Positions 1 to 11,200 of a DNA stretch of 64,000 nt are shown here, piece by piece. Under the pieces are notes generated by a model that was given only the letters and a program-made list of their open reading frames with translations, made no database searches and had not been told where the DNA came from. A program made the translations under genes and the position numbers. Every line of letters starts with the position of its first letter. Position 1 is the first letter of the stretch. The DNA lies in contig CAVXEP010000025.1 of assembly GCA_963760795.1 (NCBI GenBank), positions 64,001 through 128,000 on the forward strand. The letters are read 5' to 3'. Origin of the DNA: an uncultured delta proteobacterium (GTDB lineage: Bacteria > Desulfobacterota > Binatia > UBA9968).

Positions 1-153
1 TTGAATCAGGCGCTCGACGTGCGGATCTTCGGAAGTATCTGCCTCCAGCACTAGGCGAGAGGCAATTTTGGGGTATTTTGCGGCGAACTCCGCCCCCATT
101 TGTCTCAAAAAATTAAGCTCGCGCTCGTAATAGGTGAGTAAATCGTCGGCCAT
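1..153 (-). CDS. tssF: T6SS baseplate TssF, N-terminal part (runs off window)
   Basis: ATG at 153 overlaps the tssE stop; reads MADDLLTYYERELNFLRQMGAEFAAKYPKIASRL...EDPHVERLIQ, the canonical TssF N-terminus. Confidence 0.95.
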   Translation of the reverse strand, partial: MADDLLTYYERELNFLRQMGAEFAAKYPKIASRLVLEADTSEDPHVERLIQ

Positions 154-641
154 TACGTTTGCCCTTTAACTACATACTGCTGCGTGTTGAGCTGCAACAC
201 GGCATCAAATGTCACAGGCTCCGGTGCCGGGTCCACCCTCAAGAGAGCATCGATGCGAAAACGTAAGCCACGCTCGCTCTCCCGCGCCGTTTCCATCGTC
301 ACTTTCACGCGTTGAAGCCGCGGCTCAAAGATGGCAACGGCCCGTTCAACCGCACGACGGATAAGATCGCGATGGTCAGCGTTGAGAAGGCTCATGGAAG
401 TAAAATCAGGGAGACCATAAAGCATCAATGATCGGCTGACTTCGGTAAATTCAGAGGGCAGATCTTGCAGGGCCTCCTGTTTTGTATTCAAAAGCGCTTC
501 GAGATCCCGTGCCACCGAGTTTTCCAAAGCCCGCAAATTTTGCGACCGACTCGCTACCGGCTCTCGAGAATTGCCGGGATCGTCATCAAGAAGGCGGTCA
601 AGTAATGATGGAACTATGGTTATTTCGTTGCTGGCCGCCAT
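153..641 (-). CDS. tssE: T6SS baseplate TssE (gp25-like)
   Basis: PSLLDRL, DLEALLNT, YGLPDF and FEPRL motifs; directly upstream of tssF. Confidence 0.95.
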   Translation of the reverse strand: MAASNEITIVPSLLDRLLDDDPGNSREPVASRSQNLRALENSVARDLEALLNTKQEALQDLPSEFTEVSRSLMLYGLPDFTSMSLLNADHRDLIRRAVERAVAIFEPRLQRVKVTMETARESERGLRFRIDALLRVDPAPEPVTFDAVLQLNTQQYVVKGQT

Positions 642-746
642 AGATAGATAGTCAAAGCTCCTGCGGCAAAACGGTTGCCGAGTTTTATGGAGTGTAATAC
701 GCGTATATTTTCAAAAGCAAGGGGAGAATATTCATGACGACAGCTC

Positions 747-2258
747 TCATTGAGGCGAAACAGTCAGGAATCCATATTGTAAAAACTTTCGCACTGAACT
801 CGTCAGGCTCAGGGTGACTTCTTGCAGATCTAAACCTAACTTCTCCGCCACCTCCGATGCCAATTCGCGTAACGAACGCCGGCCATCGCAGCCGGCCAAA
901 ATCGAACTTAAAAGCCAATCAATCTCACAGGTATAGACAAGCCCCTGGCCCAGCTTCAGGCGGATCGAGCGTACCGACCAACTACCGTGATCGGCTTGGA
1001 GTCCTTGTTCAAGCTGCAGATCCGGAGAAAGAATAAATCTTCCATCGAGAATCTTGGCATCATCGCCGGATTCTTCGACAAAGTCTTGATTGGCGAAAAT
1101 CCGCGCGATCTGCTCACCGCAAGCACCATTTCTTTCACCATGAGCGAGATTGTCCGCTCGGACCCAGTTCCGGCGATCAGATTGCCGTCGGAGAATCGCC
1201 GCACCGGCGCTGATCAAGCGAATTCCCATTTGATCGTAGTATGCGATCCATTCGTCCAAGAGCTGTCCGTAATGGTCTAGGTCGTGGCTTTCCGTGGAGC
1301 GCAACCAAGTGGATGCATAAGTAAGCGGGTCACCCGTCTCAAAGCGAAGTAGCCAGCTATCGCAACCATTTCCCGAAATCCATTGCTGCGGTCGGTCTGT
1401 CCAATTTTCCATATTTTCATGGTGCCAATTGAAGAGAATAATCGCATAGCCGTTTTCCCTAAGATGGACCGAAGTTTGTTGAATCACCTGCTCCGAAAGT
1501 GCATCGCCAGGTAGGCCACTGTCTCGGTAGTTGTAATGATATCCCGGCGAGATCACAAAAGGTGGGTTAGCGACGACGAGATCGAACTGCTCCTCTTTGA
1601 CCGGCTCGTAGAAATTGCCTTGCCGTAACGCAATGTTTGTAACGCCATTCACGCGCGCATTAAACGCGGCAAAATTTAGTGCCCGTGGATTGGAGTCAAC
1701 GCCAATTACTTGATCCGCATGTCTTGAGGCCAACAGCGCTTGAATTCCACACCCGGTGCCGAGATCTAGCACCGATTCGACTCGATGGCGCAGCGTCAGG
1801 TTGGCGAGAGTCATTGAAGCGGCTCCCACACCGAGAACATGATCCGGCGCCACGGGTTGCCCAGTTGTCTCGTCGCTAAAGTCGTGCGCAATAACAAGAT
1901 CTTCAAAACTGACCAGTCGGGCCACGGACCGGATCATTTGATCGAAACGATTGAGAAGGCCAATACCCAAGACCAGTTCGGTCACGAAAGGAGTTAACGC
2001 CGCTTGAACCTCCTCCATTCGCACTGCTTTTTCGAGAAGAAAAAGCCGAACAAGTGAATGATATGGCGAAGGAGAAGCCGTGCGCCGCAACACCACCTGC
2101 AGGTCCAGGTTGCCACCAGAATCCTTGGCATTCAATGTGCCGGCCAAGGATGACTGGGTGTAACCAGCAGCCGCCAAAGCTTCTCGGAAAGGCTTTAGAT
2201 CATTACAGCGTTCGAGCTGAAAGGGGGATCTTTGCCAATCCATAAGATCAAATCTCAC
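747..2258 (-). CDS. Class I SAM-dependent methyltransferase (NPPF amino-MTase type) with C-terminal PqqD-like winged helix
   Basis: VLDLGTGCG motif I, DLVVANPPF motif IV; C-terminus CDGRRSLRELASEVAEKLG...VRKFLQYGFL. Confidence 0.85.
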   Translation of the reverse strand: MRFDLMDWQRSPFQLERCNDLKPFREALAAAGYTQSSLAGTLNAKDSGGNLDLQVVLRRTASPSPYHSLVRLFLLEKAVRMEEVQAALTPFVTELVLGIGLLNRFDQMIRSVARLVSFEDLVIAHDFSDETTGQPVAPDHVLGVGAASMTLANLTLRHRVESVLDLGTGCGIQALLASRHADQVIGVDSNPRALNFAAFNARVNGVTNIALRQGNFYEPVKEEQFDLVVANPPFVISPGYHYNYRDSGLPGDALSEQVIQQTSVHLRENGYAIILFNWHHENMENWTDRPQQWISGNGCDSWLLRFETGDPLTYASTWLRSTESHDLDHYGQLLDEWIAYYDQMGIRLISAGAAILRRQSDRRNWVRADNLAHGERNGACGEQIARIFANQDFVEESGDDAKILDGRFILSPDLQLEQGLQADHGSWSVRSIRLKLGQGLVYTCEIDWLLSSILAGCDGRRSLRELASEVAEKLGLDLQEVTLSLTSSVRKFLQYGFLTVSPQ

Positions 2259-2999
2259 CCCGCGGGCCTACTGAACGGAGGGCGGGAGGCACGAAACAAA
2301 AAAGGGGCGGGTTTGGGAATCCTACCAACGGAAGATAACGATGATGAAATGGACAAAAAATCTGAGCTTTCTGGATCAGCCTCAATTCTATTTGGTAGAA
2401 ATATTTAGGCTGCGACGTTCTCCTAGCATTCGCAATCTATCAACCTCGTCACAATACAAACCGCGTTAGAAGGAGGTCCTCCCACAATACACATTGGAAG
2501 AATCAGCCTAAATAAACCCCGCCTGAAAATGACCCACTGAACACAACCGCTACGCTGCCAACACAAGCAACAATATAATACTCCGCAGAGAGCACTTGAA
2601 AACAATAAGTCCACACGAGGCGCCCAGATACACCAACCACGCCTACACCTATTTAGCCGCTTCACCAGAACTCGTCCCGACCATCTAGCAGCGGTCACGT
2701 CAATACCGTAGGCCTGTCGAGCTTACATCGCACAGTTGTCGGTATTACAGCTTTTATTGCTCGAAAAAAGTTGAGGGAAGCAAAACCCTTATACTCTTCC
2801 TTAGAATAGGTTTGCCTCTTAGTCGGTGCCGTGAGCTCAGATCAAGAAAGCTGGGCTCACGGGTCTCCCAATCTCAGCTCAAACAGTGTATGGCCGCTCC
2901 CAGAATCCTAACGTTGACCACTAGCCGTTGTGGTCCCATGAAGCGCAACGAATCAATCATTGATACTTTTAGCGCAAATCCTGGGGTTATACTGCTAAC

Positions 3000-3482
3000 T
3001 TACTCACTGGGTTTCGCCAAATTAAACGAAGTCGAAACATTACCTTGCGGATTGCTTTTTTCATCAAGTGGCGTGTATACGCTTTCGAACTTGGTATAGG
3101 CAAAGGAAACCTCTTCTAAGGGCACATCGTCACTACCGTGCGCACTTCCACCGGGACGGACCGAGGAAATCATCGCGTTTTCAAATGTATACTTCAAATA
3201 GATTTGCGGTTTTCCGACTGACTTCTGACACGTAAACTCAACTTTTGCGATTGGGTCGCCTTTACAACAGGCGACAAAGAGCTTGGGACTTGCTTTGTCA
3301 ATCTTCTTAACAAAAGAAAATTCCGAAAGATTCACCCCCCCGCCGGTAAGCGCGCTCACGCCAGCTTTCATGTTCACTGGTTGAGTAGCACCCCAATGAA
3401 AGGATTCGACCTGGATCCAGTCTTTAGGTTCCGTGCTCTCCCCAGGAATGTCACCGATTTTTATGAATGAATCAAAAGCCAT
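3000..3482 (-). CDS. hcp: T6SS tube protein Hcp/TssD
   Basis: IPGES..KDWIQVESFHWG, KKIDKASPKLF, PLEEVSFAY; GGAGG RBS. Confidence 0.95.
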   Translation of the reverse strand: MAFDSFIKIGDIPGESTEPKDWIQVESFHWGATQPVNMKAGVSALTGGGVNLSEFSFVKKIDKASPKLFVACCKGDPIAKVEFTCQKSVGKPQIYLKYTFENAMISSVRPGGSAHGSDDVPLEEVSFAYTKFESVYTPLDEKSNPQGNVSTSFNLAKPSE

Positions 3483-3550
3483 AACTACCTCCCACTTGTA
3501 AATTTTAGCCTAGCGATCTATTGCCCCAATACATCAATAACAATTACTCA

Positions 3551-5047
3551 CTATCTCTTCGCTGGCGCTGGCAATTCCGCTACTAAGCGGAGCGAAACCG
3601 TGAGTTCTTCCAGCTGAAAGTGCGGCCTGAGAAACGCAACGGCCTTATATACACCGGGCTTCCCACCGACTTCCTGTACTTCAACGCGAGCTTCTCGGAG
3701 AGGAAATTTTGCCTTCATTTCCTGGCTCGCCTTATCATCCAACAGCACATAATTAGAGATCCACCGGTTCAAATAATCTTCGCAGTTTCCCCGGGTCATA
3801 AAGCTGCCGATTTTGTCCCGCATAATCGCCTTGAGATAGTGGGCGAAACGCGAGGTGGCCATAATATATTGGAGCTGGGTGGAAAGCCTCGCGTTGGCGT
3901 TCGCGGCATCGGTATCATACTTCTTCGCTTTTTGCGTAGACTGCGCACCGAAAAATGCTGCGTAATCGGTTCCTTTACAGTGTAGGAGCGGTATGAACCC
4001 AAGGTCGGACAACTCCTTCTCACGTCGATCGGTGATCGCGATCTCGGTCGGGCACTTCAAAGCTATATCCCCCTCATCGGTGGCGAAAGTATGGGTTGGC
4101 AACCCCTCCACCAGTCCACCCCCTTCAACTCCCCGGATCGCGGCACACCAACCATGTTTCGCGAAAGCGTCCGTGATGCGAGTCCCCATGGCGTATGCCG
4201 CGTTTCCCCACAAGTACTTGGCGTGATCTTTCCCGTCCACATCCTCCTTGAAGTTAAAGGCCTCAACCGGGACCGTCGCCGGTCCGTAGGGCAGCCGCAT
4301 CAGGATGTGAGGCATCGTGAGTCCTACGTAACGGGAGTCCTCCGAGTCCCGGAACGATTTCCATTTTGCATATTCTACCGTATCAAAAATTTTAGCCAGA
4401 TCCCGCGGCGCCGACAGATCAGTGAAGCTTTCCAGACCAAAAAGTTCCGGGTTTGCCGCGGATATGAAGGGCGCGTGCGCTGCCGCTGCAACGTGGGATA
4501 ACTGGTCCAAGAGCGACATGTCTTGAGGATGCCGACCGAACTCATAGTCGCCGATCATGCATCCATAAGAGGCGCCGCCGAACATGCCATACTCATCTTC
4601 ATACACTTTCTTAAAAAGTGCACTTTGATCGAATTCAGCTGCCCGCTCCAAATCTTTGCGGAGATCGTCCTTGGAAACGTTGAGCACGCGAATCTTGAGT
4701 TGGGTGCTAGTTTCGGTTTGGTGCACCAGGTAGTGTAGCCCTCGCCAGGAACCTTCAAGCTTCTGGAATTCCGGGGCGTGCATAACCTCGTTTAGCTGCC
4801 GGGAAATGGCATCGTCCAGAGCGGCAATTCGAGCCGAAATTGCACTTTCCAGGTCCTTGGAGACGACCACTGATCCTTGAAGCACCTGTTGGACAAACTC
4901 ACCGATTAAATCCTTAGCCCGGGTTCGCTCCGTATCGTTCCGCGCGATGCGGCTATCTTTAATAATTTGATCGAGAATGCCCGCTTCGTTCTCGACCTCC
5001 TGCGCCTCAGCCGCTTTGCTTTGACCTTCTCTACTCTCTTCAGCCAT
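3551..5047 (-). CDS. tssC: T6SS sheath large subunit TssC/VipB
   Basis: FQKLEGSWRGL, AAAAHAPF, YLWGNAAYA, IRGVEGGG, LRPHFQLEEL. Confidence 0.97.
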   Translation of the reverse strand: MAEESREGQSKAAEAQEVENEAGILDQIIKDSRIARNDTERTRAKDLIGEFVQQVLQGSVVVSKDLESAISARIAALDDAISRQLNEVMHAPEFQKLEGSWRGLHYLVHQTETSTQLKIRVLNVSKDDLRKDLERAAEFDQSALFKKVYEDEYGMFGGASYGCMIGDYEFGRHPQDMSLLDQLSHVAAAAHAPFISAANPELFGLESFTDLSAPRDLAKIFDTVEYAKWKSFRDSEDSRYVGLTMPHILMRLPYGPATVPVEAFNFKEDVDGKDHAKYLWGNAAYAMGTRITDAFAKHGWCAAIRGVEGGGLVEGLPTHTFATDEGDIALKCPTEIAITDRREKELSDLGFIPLLHCKGTDYAAFFGAQSTQKAKKYDTDAANANARLSTQLQYIMATSRFAHYLKAIMRDKIGSFMTRGNCEDYLNRWISNYVLLDDKASQEMKAKFPLREARVEVQEVGGKPGVYKAVAFLRPHFQLEELTVSLRLVAELPAPAKR

Positions 5048-5061
5048 TTTGCTTTTCCTTT

Positions 5062-5586
5062 TTACTTTTCCTTGTCCCCCTCACCACCACCGCCTGCTTC
5101 TTGGCTTATCTTTTGAAGTGAATCTGTGTTCTTGATCACGTTATCCAGAACTTCCACGAGCTTATCGTTGCCATCCATTTTACTGAGCAGATCCGAGAGC
5201 TTGCTGCGTGCTTCGAGTAATTTTCTCAGCGGTTCCACTTGATTGACAACTCTTTCGGGCTCGAAGTCCTCCAAGCTATCGAATCGCAACTCGACTCCCA
5301 ACTTACTGTCGTCGTCAGCTAATTTATTGTTGACGCGGTAAGCGAGATGGGGTTTCTGCGCTTTTAAAACCGAATCAAAATTATCGCGGTCGATCTCAAC
5401 AAACTTTCGATCCTTAACCCTGGGTAACGGTTCCTCAGGCTTCCCTGACAGGTCGGCGAGCACACCCATGACAAAGGGAATTTCTTTCATCTCGATCGCG
5501 TCACCGATTTCTACATCGTAAGTGATGTGCACTCGTGGAGGGCGTACTCTGCTAAGTTTTTTCTGTGTGCTTTCCCTAGTGGCCAT
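5062..5586 (-). CDS. tssB: T6SS sheath small subunit TssB/VipA
   Basis: RPPRVHITYDVE, EIPFVMGVLADLSG, RKFVEIDRDNFD. Confidence 0.97.
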   Translation of the reverse strand: MATRESTQKKLSRVRPPRVHITYDVEIGDAIEMKEIPFVMGVLADLSGKPEEPLPRVKDRKFVEIDRDNFDSVLKAQKPHLAYRVNNKLADDDSKLGVELRFDSLEDFEPERVVNQVEPLRKLLEARSKLSDLLSKMDGNDKLVEVLDNVIKNTDSLQKISQEAGGGGEGDKEK

Positions 5587-5662
5587 TATCTCCTCCGTGT
5601 AAAGAAACTTTCTTTCGAGATCCGATCACTGCCCAGATCTAATCTTGGGATCGGGTAGCAGA

Positions 5663-5692
5663 ACCATACTCTGGGTGCGCAAATTCTGTCAA
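5663..5692 (-). promoter_or_regulatory. Putative sigma70 promoter for tssB-tssC-hcp
   Basis: Minus strand TTGACA-N18-TATGGT in the tssA-tssB gap. Confidence 0.4.
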
Positions 5693-5700
5693 GAGCCAAT

Positions 5701-6804
5701 TCAGCGCTTAATACCGAGTGTATCCCAGAGGCGATTAAGCACATCCTCGTTCTGGACGACCTCCCCCAGCCAGGTCTCGAGCGGCATTTTCGTCCAGTTA
5801 ACCGCACGTTCGAGCAAATAGGAAACTGGATGTTGCGGCTCGGCTCTTTTCAAATAAGACGCAATCACGGCTAAACGCTGAAAGGCTTCTTCACGGCTCG
5901 TGGGTTCGGCTGACCATGCAAAATCTTGTGTCGTTGCCATGGCTCGACTCTCCGTAGGGGTAATGACTTGTGACGCCTTGCGAGCAAGCTCTCCGTCAGA
6001 CTGGATAGATGCTTCTGGTTTGTAGCTGGGATCTCGTTCCCTTTTCTTCTTAACAAAGCTGTCTATGAGCGTGAAACATTCATCAATACTATTCCTCATA
6101 CCAATAAGACTCAGAGCGTTCTGGCCGAAATGGGCATCGATAACCCCTTCCAGTTTTGCTAACTCCTCTTTGGACCGTCTTACGTCGTCGAAGAGATCTT
6201 CATAAAACGCGCGAGGCGTTGCCTCAATCGCCGCCTCAAATTTTTCTCGATCGATCTTACCTTCGGAAATCGCTTTTTGCTTCGCGCTCGGGTCTTGACG
6301 TGCCAAATTGTCGAGGCGAAGCGCCTCCTGCCACGTCACGAAAGAGAATGGAGGATCGTCCGCTGTTAACGCTAATTGCTGAATGCACAGTGGCAGCTTC
6401 AGATTCATCCACTCAAGCGGTCCCGCTCGAAACTCTAGATCGCCATCTTCGGCTTCTGGATAAAGTCGATCCCAATAAATCGTCAACAATTCGCGTAACT
6501 GGCACATTCCATCCCTAAGACCGGCAAAGCCCTGGCGCTTAACCAAGGCCTCAAGCAACCATACCGCGACTTGAATGTCCTTACTTTTCCCTGTCAATGT
6601 TTCTGTGCACAATCGGATCACGGCGGGCCAATCCGCCTTCTTGGCTTCACGCTGCCATTCTCCCATGGGCAGATCATCATCGGAACGGCGTGCTTCCTGA
6701 ATCGCATCATATGCGCCTGTGTAGCGAACTGATTCACCCGCTGGGTTTTCACCCGGAATCGGTCTCAACAATGCTTCAATATCGATTGTGGTTGGTGATG
6801 GCAT
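5701..6804 (-). CDS. tssA: T6SS TssA (ImpA_N domain, short type)
   Basis: LLRPIPGENPAG, ADWPAV, SKDIQVAVWL, SREEAF..EPQHPVSYLLERAVNW. Confidence 0.93.
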   Translation of the reverse strand: MPSPTTIDIEALLRPIPGENPAGESVRYTGAYDAIQEARRSDDDLPMGEWQREAKKADWPAVIRLCTETLTGKSKDIQVAVWLLEALVKRQGFAGLRDGMCQLRELLTIYWDRLYPEAEDGDLEFRAGPLEWMNLKLPLCIQQLALTADDPPFSFVTWQEALRLDNLARQDPSAKQKAISEGKIDREKFEAAIEATPRAFYEDLFDDVRRSKEELAKLEGVIDAHFGQNALSLIGMRNSIDECFTLIDSFVKKKRERDPSYKPEASIQSDGELARKASQVITPTESRAMATTQDFAWSAEPTSREEAFQRLAVIASYLKRAEPQHPVSYLLERAVNWTKMPLETWLGEVVQNEDVLNRLWDTLGIKR

Positions 6805-6905
6805 GGAATTCCCTGTTCTCGGCCGGCAGTTCTTAAAACCCTTGAGATCGAAAATGATCGCGAGTCACAGCAAGTTCTAGGTCTTAGAATCGAAATTCTA
6901 ATCGA

Positions 6906-8249
6906 TCAATCTTTGATGGCCACCAGTTCTGCCTTAAAGTCAGGGAACTCATCGGGCAGATACAAGGCCAGGCTCCGCGACTTACAAATCACTTCCCACC
7001 ATCTTCCCTGTGTATTCAGATGGTAATATTTATACCCGGGTTTAACCGGAATCGAGCTCGGAGGAATAGGTTCATGGGTAACCTGAATGCCGGGCATTGC
7101 TCGACCGATCAACGCAGTGATTTCATCAGGCGAACTGATTTTGGCCTTAACCGGCACATCCTCTATCAAACGACTCGCAGCTACCTGGGCATTAGCTGCC
7201 AAATAGAATTGCGAGTGTTGAAGAAGACGATCGTCGGTAATATGCCCTACATACCATTGGTGCGGCGTTTTCTCCAACGGGATGATCACATACTTCGCCG
7301 GTATGATTGTGTCCAGGAGAAACCGGATCTTCTTTTCCAACTCGTCAAAAGTCTTGAACAAATCTTCGTGATCGTAACGGGGGACATCGCGCGGGTCGGA
7401 TTGCAGGGAAAAAGTGCTGAGTTCCCCAACGAGCTGAGACAATATTAAGTATAACTGTTCCGGATGGCGATTCGGAACGTAATAATAATGTGACAGAATC
7501 GGGACAAATGAGTTCACTGTATGTAACAACCAAAAGTTAGCGATATCCGAAGCGCCAAATTCAGTGATGTGGCGCCGCTGTTGAGAAAGCGCAGAACTTT
7601 TGGCCGCAAGAATCTCCAAAATCCGATGCAGAATCATGACTAGCGTATTGCACGCAGAAATGGCGATCGACGGCGGGATAAAGGCAAGCTCGTTTAGAAT
7701 GACGGTTCCGGTTGTCGTTCGTCCTAACTCGGCGATCTTAATCCAAACTTTTCCTTCGAGGGATTCACCAGAGAAAAGAATTTGACAATTCTTTCTGGCT
7801 AGCGGTATCTCGCATTCATTGCCCTCCGTGGTTTCATCGGCGACGCGCACTAAATCCATGTGGAACCTTGTGGAAGAATCAGCACCCCCGTTGGAGGTGA
7901 GATAATTGACATTACCGGTCGATGTCGAGGGTACCGCCAGGTATACATCCAACGTCTGAGAGGATGGCGAGAAAAGGTCTTTAAATGACCGAACCTCTGG
8001 AGCCTGATCTTCATCGGGCGACTGTATCGCCAGACCATCCGGCATGATGCCAGCACAGCGAAATAAGGTGAAAAACCCGTTGGTTAAACCGTCACGATCG
8101 AACTCAAGCTCGGATACACCCCAAAAAAACGGCGACAAAGACTTCAGCTTAAAATTGAGAAGATCTTCCTTGTAGCGGTCGGCCTGTTGAAAAACATGGG
8201 GCGTAAGGAAGAGTCCTTCGGTCCAGACAACGTTTCGTGCTCGACTCAT
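6906..8249 (-). CDS. tssK: T6SS baseplate TssK
   Basis: VVWTEGLFLTPHVFQQ, HPEQLY, YDHEDL; likely ATG at 8249 with AAGGAG RBS (the track ORF start at 8363 overlaps tssM). Confidence 0.95.
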   Translation of the reverse strand: MSRARNVVWTEGLFLTPHVFQQADRYKEDLLNFKLKSLSPFFWGVSELEFDRDGLTNGFFTLFRCAGIMPDGLAIQSPDEDQAPEVRSFKDLFSPSSQTLDVYLAVPSTSTGNVNYLTSNGGADSSTRFHMDLVRVADETTEGNECEIPLARKNCQILFSGESLEGKVWIKIAELGRTTTGTVILNELAFIPPSIAISACNTLVMILHRILEILAAKSSALSQQRRHITEFGASDIANFWLLHTVNSFVPILSHYYYVPNRHPEQLYLILSQLVGELSTFSLQSDPRDVPRYDHEDLFKTFDELEKKIRFLLDTIIPAKYVIIPLEKTPHQWYVGHITDDRLLQHSQFYLAANAQVAASRLIEDVPVKAKISSPDEITALIGRAMPGIQVTHEPIPPSSIPVKPGYKYYHLNTQGRWWEVICKSRSLALYLPDEFPDFKAELVAIKD

Positions 8250-8262
8250 CCAATCTCCTTGA

Positions 8263-11200
8263 TTACGAATTCCGCACAATAAAAGATGGCGGCTGCGGTC
8301 CGGTGCCGGTTGGCGTCGAAAAAATCGGTGGCGCGGACGCACTCGGTTGTCGAGCGTCAGCACTAAGACGGTTCAAATATTGGACAAACGCATCGGTAAA
8401 AGGAACACTTTGATTGAGCACCCGTTTGGGAGCCCATGCGCCACCCGATCGCGACAAGAAAGTCGTAGCCGAGCCATTGACGAAGGAAATGATTTTGCCG
8501 CCTTTAGGTCCTGCGTCCAAATCCTTAACTTCCAACAAAAGTCCTTCCCACTGCTGCTGCAAATATTTGCCCGACTCTTCGAGAATCGCCTTCCAGCCAA
8601 CGGAAATTGGACTGCTGAGCACTGATCCACACCAACCGATCCTCTTGCTGAGGCGACCCGATGGTCGACCGCAGCATGTTCAGCGACAACGCGGCCTTGA
8701 GTATCGCTTGCGTTGGGTTAGCTGCTGCCATCCCCCTCCTCGAATGCCTTCTTCGCCGATGCAAAACTCTTTTCCGGAGTACTCAAGTCTGCTTTGATCT
8801 GATCTAACGCGCTCAAGTATGAACTCAGGAACTTCACCGCTTCGGCTTCCTTTCCCTGAGCGCTGTCTTGGGCATGCCGGCTTGGCGTTTTTTTGCGCTT
8901 CGACAATTTTCGTCTTTCAGCGCCATGAGCTTCTTGAGCGTCGCCGCCCATGGTTGCAATTCACCGCTCTGCCATGCGTGCCGAGAATGACACTTAGATT
9001 ATCGTGGCGGATTGAAGGATCAGAATAGCTGGCGATTTGTCACCATCGAGCGCTAAAGCAATGTCTTTGGTTGCCCGCTTTTGGCTGGCCGAGCCGCTCC
9101 ATCTGCGGATACGAGTTCAAGAACTCGTCCCACTGTCGCAAGGCTTGTGTCCGGTAATTGGTTTCGAAACTCTTCAGAGATTCGCCCACGCCGGACGTCT
9201 TGCTCGTCATACTTTGAAGGCCAGAGATTAGCGGTGCAATCCCTTCGCGCCAAGCCTTAGCCGTATAAGCCGGGTCTACCTGAACCGGCCCATTGGAATC
9301 CCAGAAATCCGCGGCGCGCACAGCGGGAAAAGCAGCCGAAGCCGAGTCCAAAATTCTATCCTCACGAAGCCCCCCGCCATCCAACCACCGCCGTATTCGG
9401 TCCGTATCTTTCGACTGCATGTCACGCAGCGCGGTATCACTTTGCCAAGTCAAGTAAGCGTGATGCGTCCGACGCAGGCGCTCAGCAGTCATGGCGACAG
9501 AGTCCTGCGAGCCCTGTCCCGAAGTTAGTAGAACGCGGTAGTCTAAATTATGTTCGGGTTGAAGCGCGGCGCAATGGCCTTCGTCTAGACAGCGACCTAC
9601 GATCTGGATGCGCTGCATCACGGTTCCCACAACCATCGGGTTTGCCGATGTAGTGCTAAGATTTTGGTCAATACGGGTATCAATCGTAGCAAGCACTTGG
9701 GAACGGAAGGCATCGATAAATCGCGTCTGCAATGCACTCGCGACTTGCTTTGACTTATTTAGGCCGAAATCCATGGCCAGCCTTTTCCAAAACGATTTCG
9801 GTAGTAGATTTTCGATATTATGCCGGCATTCGTCGAGGGGGCCCAAGACAGCCGGCAACTCGTTGCTGCCGCCCCGGGTAACGCATGGCAGGACATCGAC
9901 CGATTTCAACGCAAACAAGTTATTGGTGAAGGCAAGCGTGAAGACTCCACAAACAAGCAGCGACACGGTCACGGCAACCACCACCCCCGCCGCGCGCGCC
10001 AGCCCAAAGCGCTCACGACCCGTCGCAGTCTGACCAACAAGGGTGCGATCAGATGGCAAGACGATGGCGCCAAAATCTCGCAAGAACACTTCCCGGCTCG
10101 CCGTCGTCGGTGTCGCGTGAGAATAATTTTGTCCGAGCAAATGCGACAGACGAGATAGAGGCGTAGAGCCTTGACGCGCGCTGGTTAAGAATAAACCGCG
10201 AAAAAACGGCGCATCGTGATACGGGCTTGAGCGAAAAACTACTTCGATCAATGCCTTCAAGCGGGACCTGCAAGCTTTTCAGTTCTCCAGGAAACAAAAA
10301 CATACCCCGCGTTAAGTTTTCGTTTTCGCACTCGTTAAATACAGCTATTCTCAACTCGCTCTAGTCGTTCGTAGACCATACGAAAGCCGCGATCGAACAA
10401 ACGGGGCGCCTCGGCGGCACTGGTCATTTCCTGATTGGCAAAGCCGAGGGCTTGGCCTTTTACTGTGTCGGGTAAGAGCTGAAAGAATTCACTAAAGCCG
10501 ACAATCCGGTCGCTTTTGGTGACCGCTATGTAAACTGGAAATTTGACCCCAAGTTGCTGCACCAAGTCATCGAGACGCTCGCGCAGCTGCGCCCCTTGCT
10601 CTTTCAACTTTTCGATCGGTTTAGAGATTAAGGAGTCCGCAGGGACGGCAATAACAACACCATTAATCGGCTCTCGGCCACGGTTAGTTTTTAGTAAAGT
10701 AAGTAGAGTCTGCCACTCGGCCGCGACTTCACCTTCTTTCTCCTGAAAGACATAACCGCCCGCAGTGTCGAGAAACACTGCTTTTTCGAAGAACCACCAA
10801 TCGACGTTGCGCGTCCCGCCCTCCGCACTCGATGGGCCGATTGAAGATAGCGGTGCTGACGCTTTCAAAAAAGCCGACTTTCCGCCTCCAGGTTCGCCGA
10901 TTACCAAATACCAAGGAAACGCGTAGATCGGATCGTCACCCGCCCCTTTCAATTTTGACTGTCGCAACGATGCTAGAGCTTCGAGCCATTTCTTCTTGAT
11001 GTCGAGGATCCCGCCACGATCTCCCTTACCAATGCTGATCTCACGTTCTTGTTTGGCCGACTCGCCTTCCGTCGCTACCGCCTTGCGCCGCCGCCACCAG
11101 CGCCAAGTCAAATACCCGCCGCCTGCTGCAAGCACCACAACCGCCAAACCGACGAGCAACTTCCACCAGGGTAGCTGCCAATAGACTTGGCCCGCCGCTA

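Noticed and set aside
2775-2820. GGCAAACC as a possible c-di-GMP-I riboswitch
   Set aside because: No GAAA tetraloop or GACGCAAAGC second stem; it forms only a simple hairpin
10255-10360. Programmed frameshifting in tssM
   Set aside because: No slippery heptamer or long poly-A at these junctions, too many shifts, and similar indels occur in housekeeping genes
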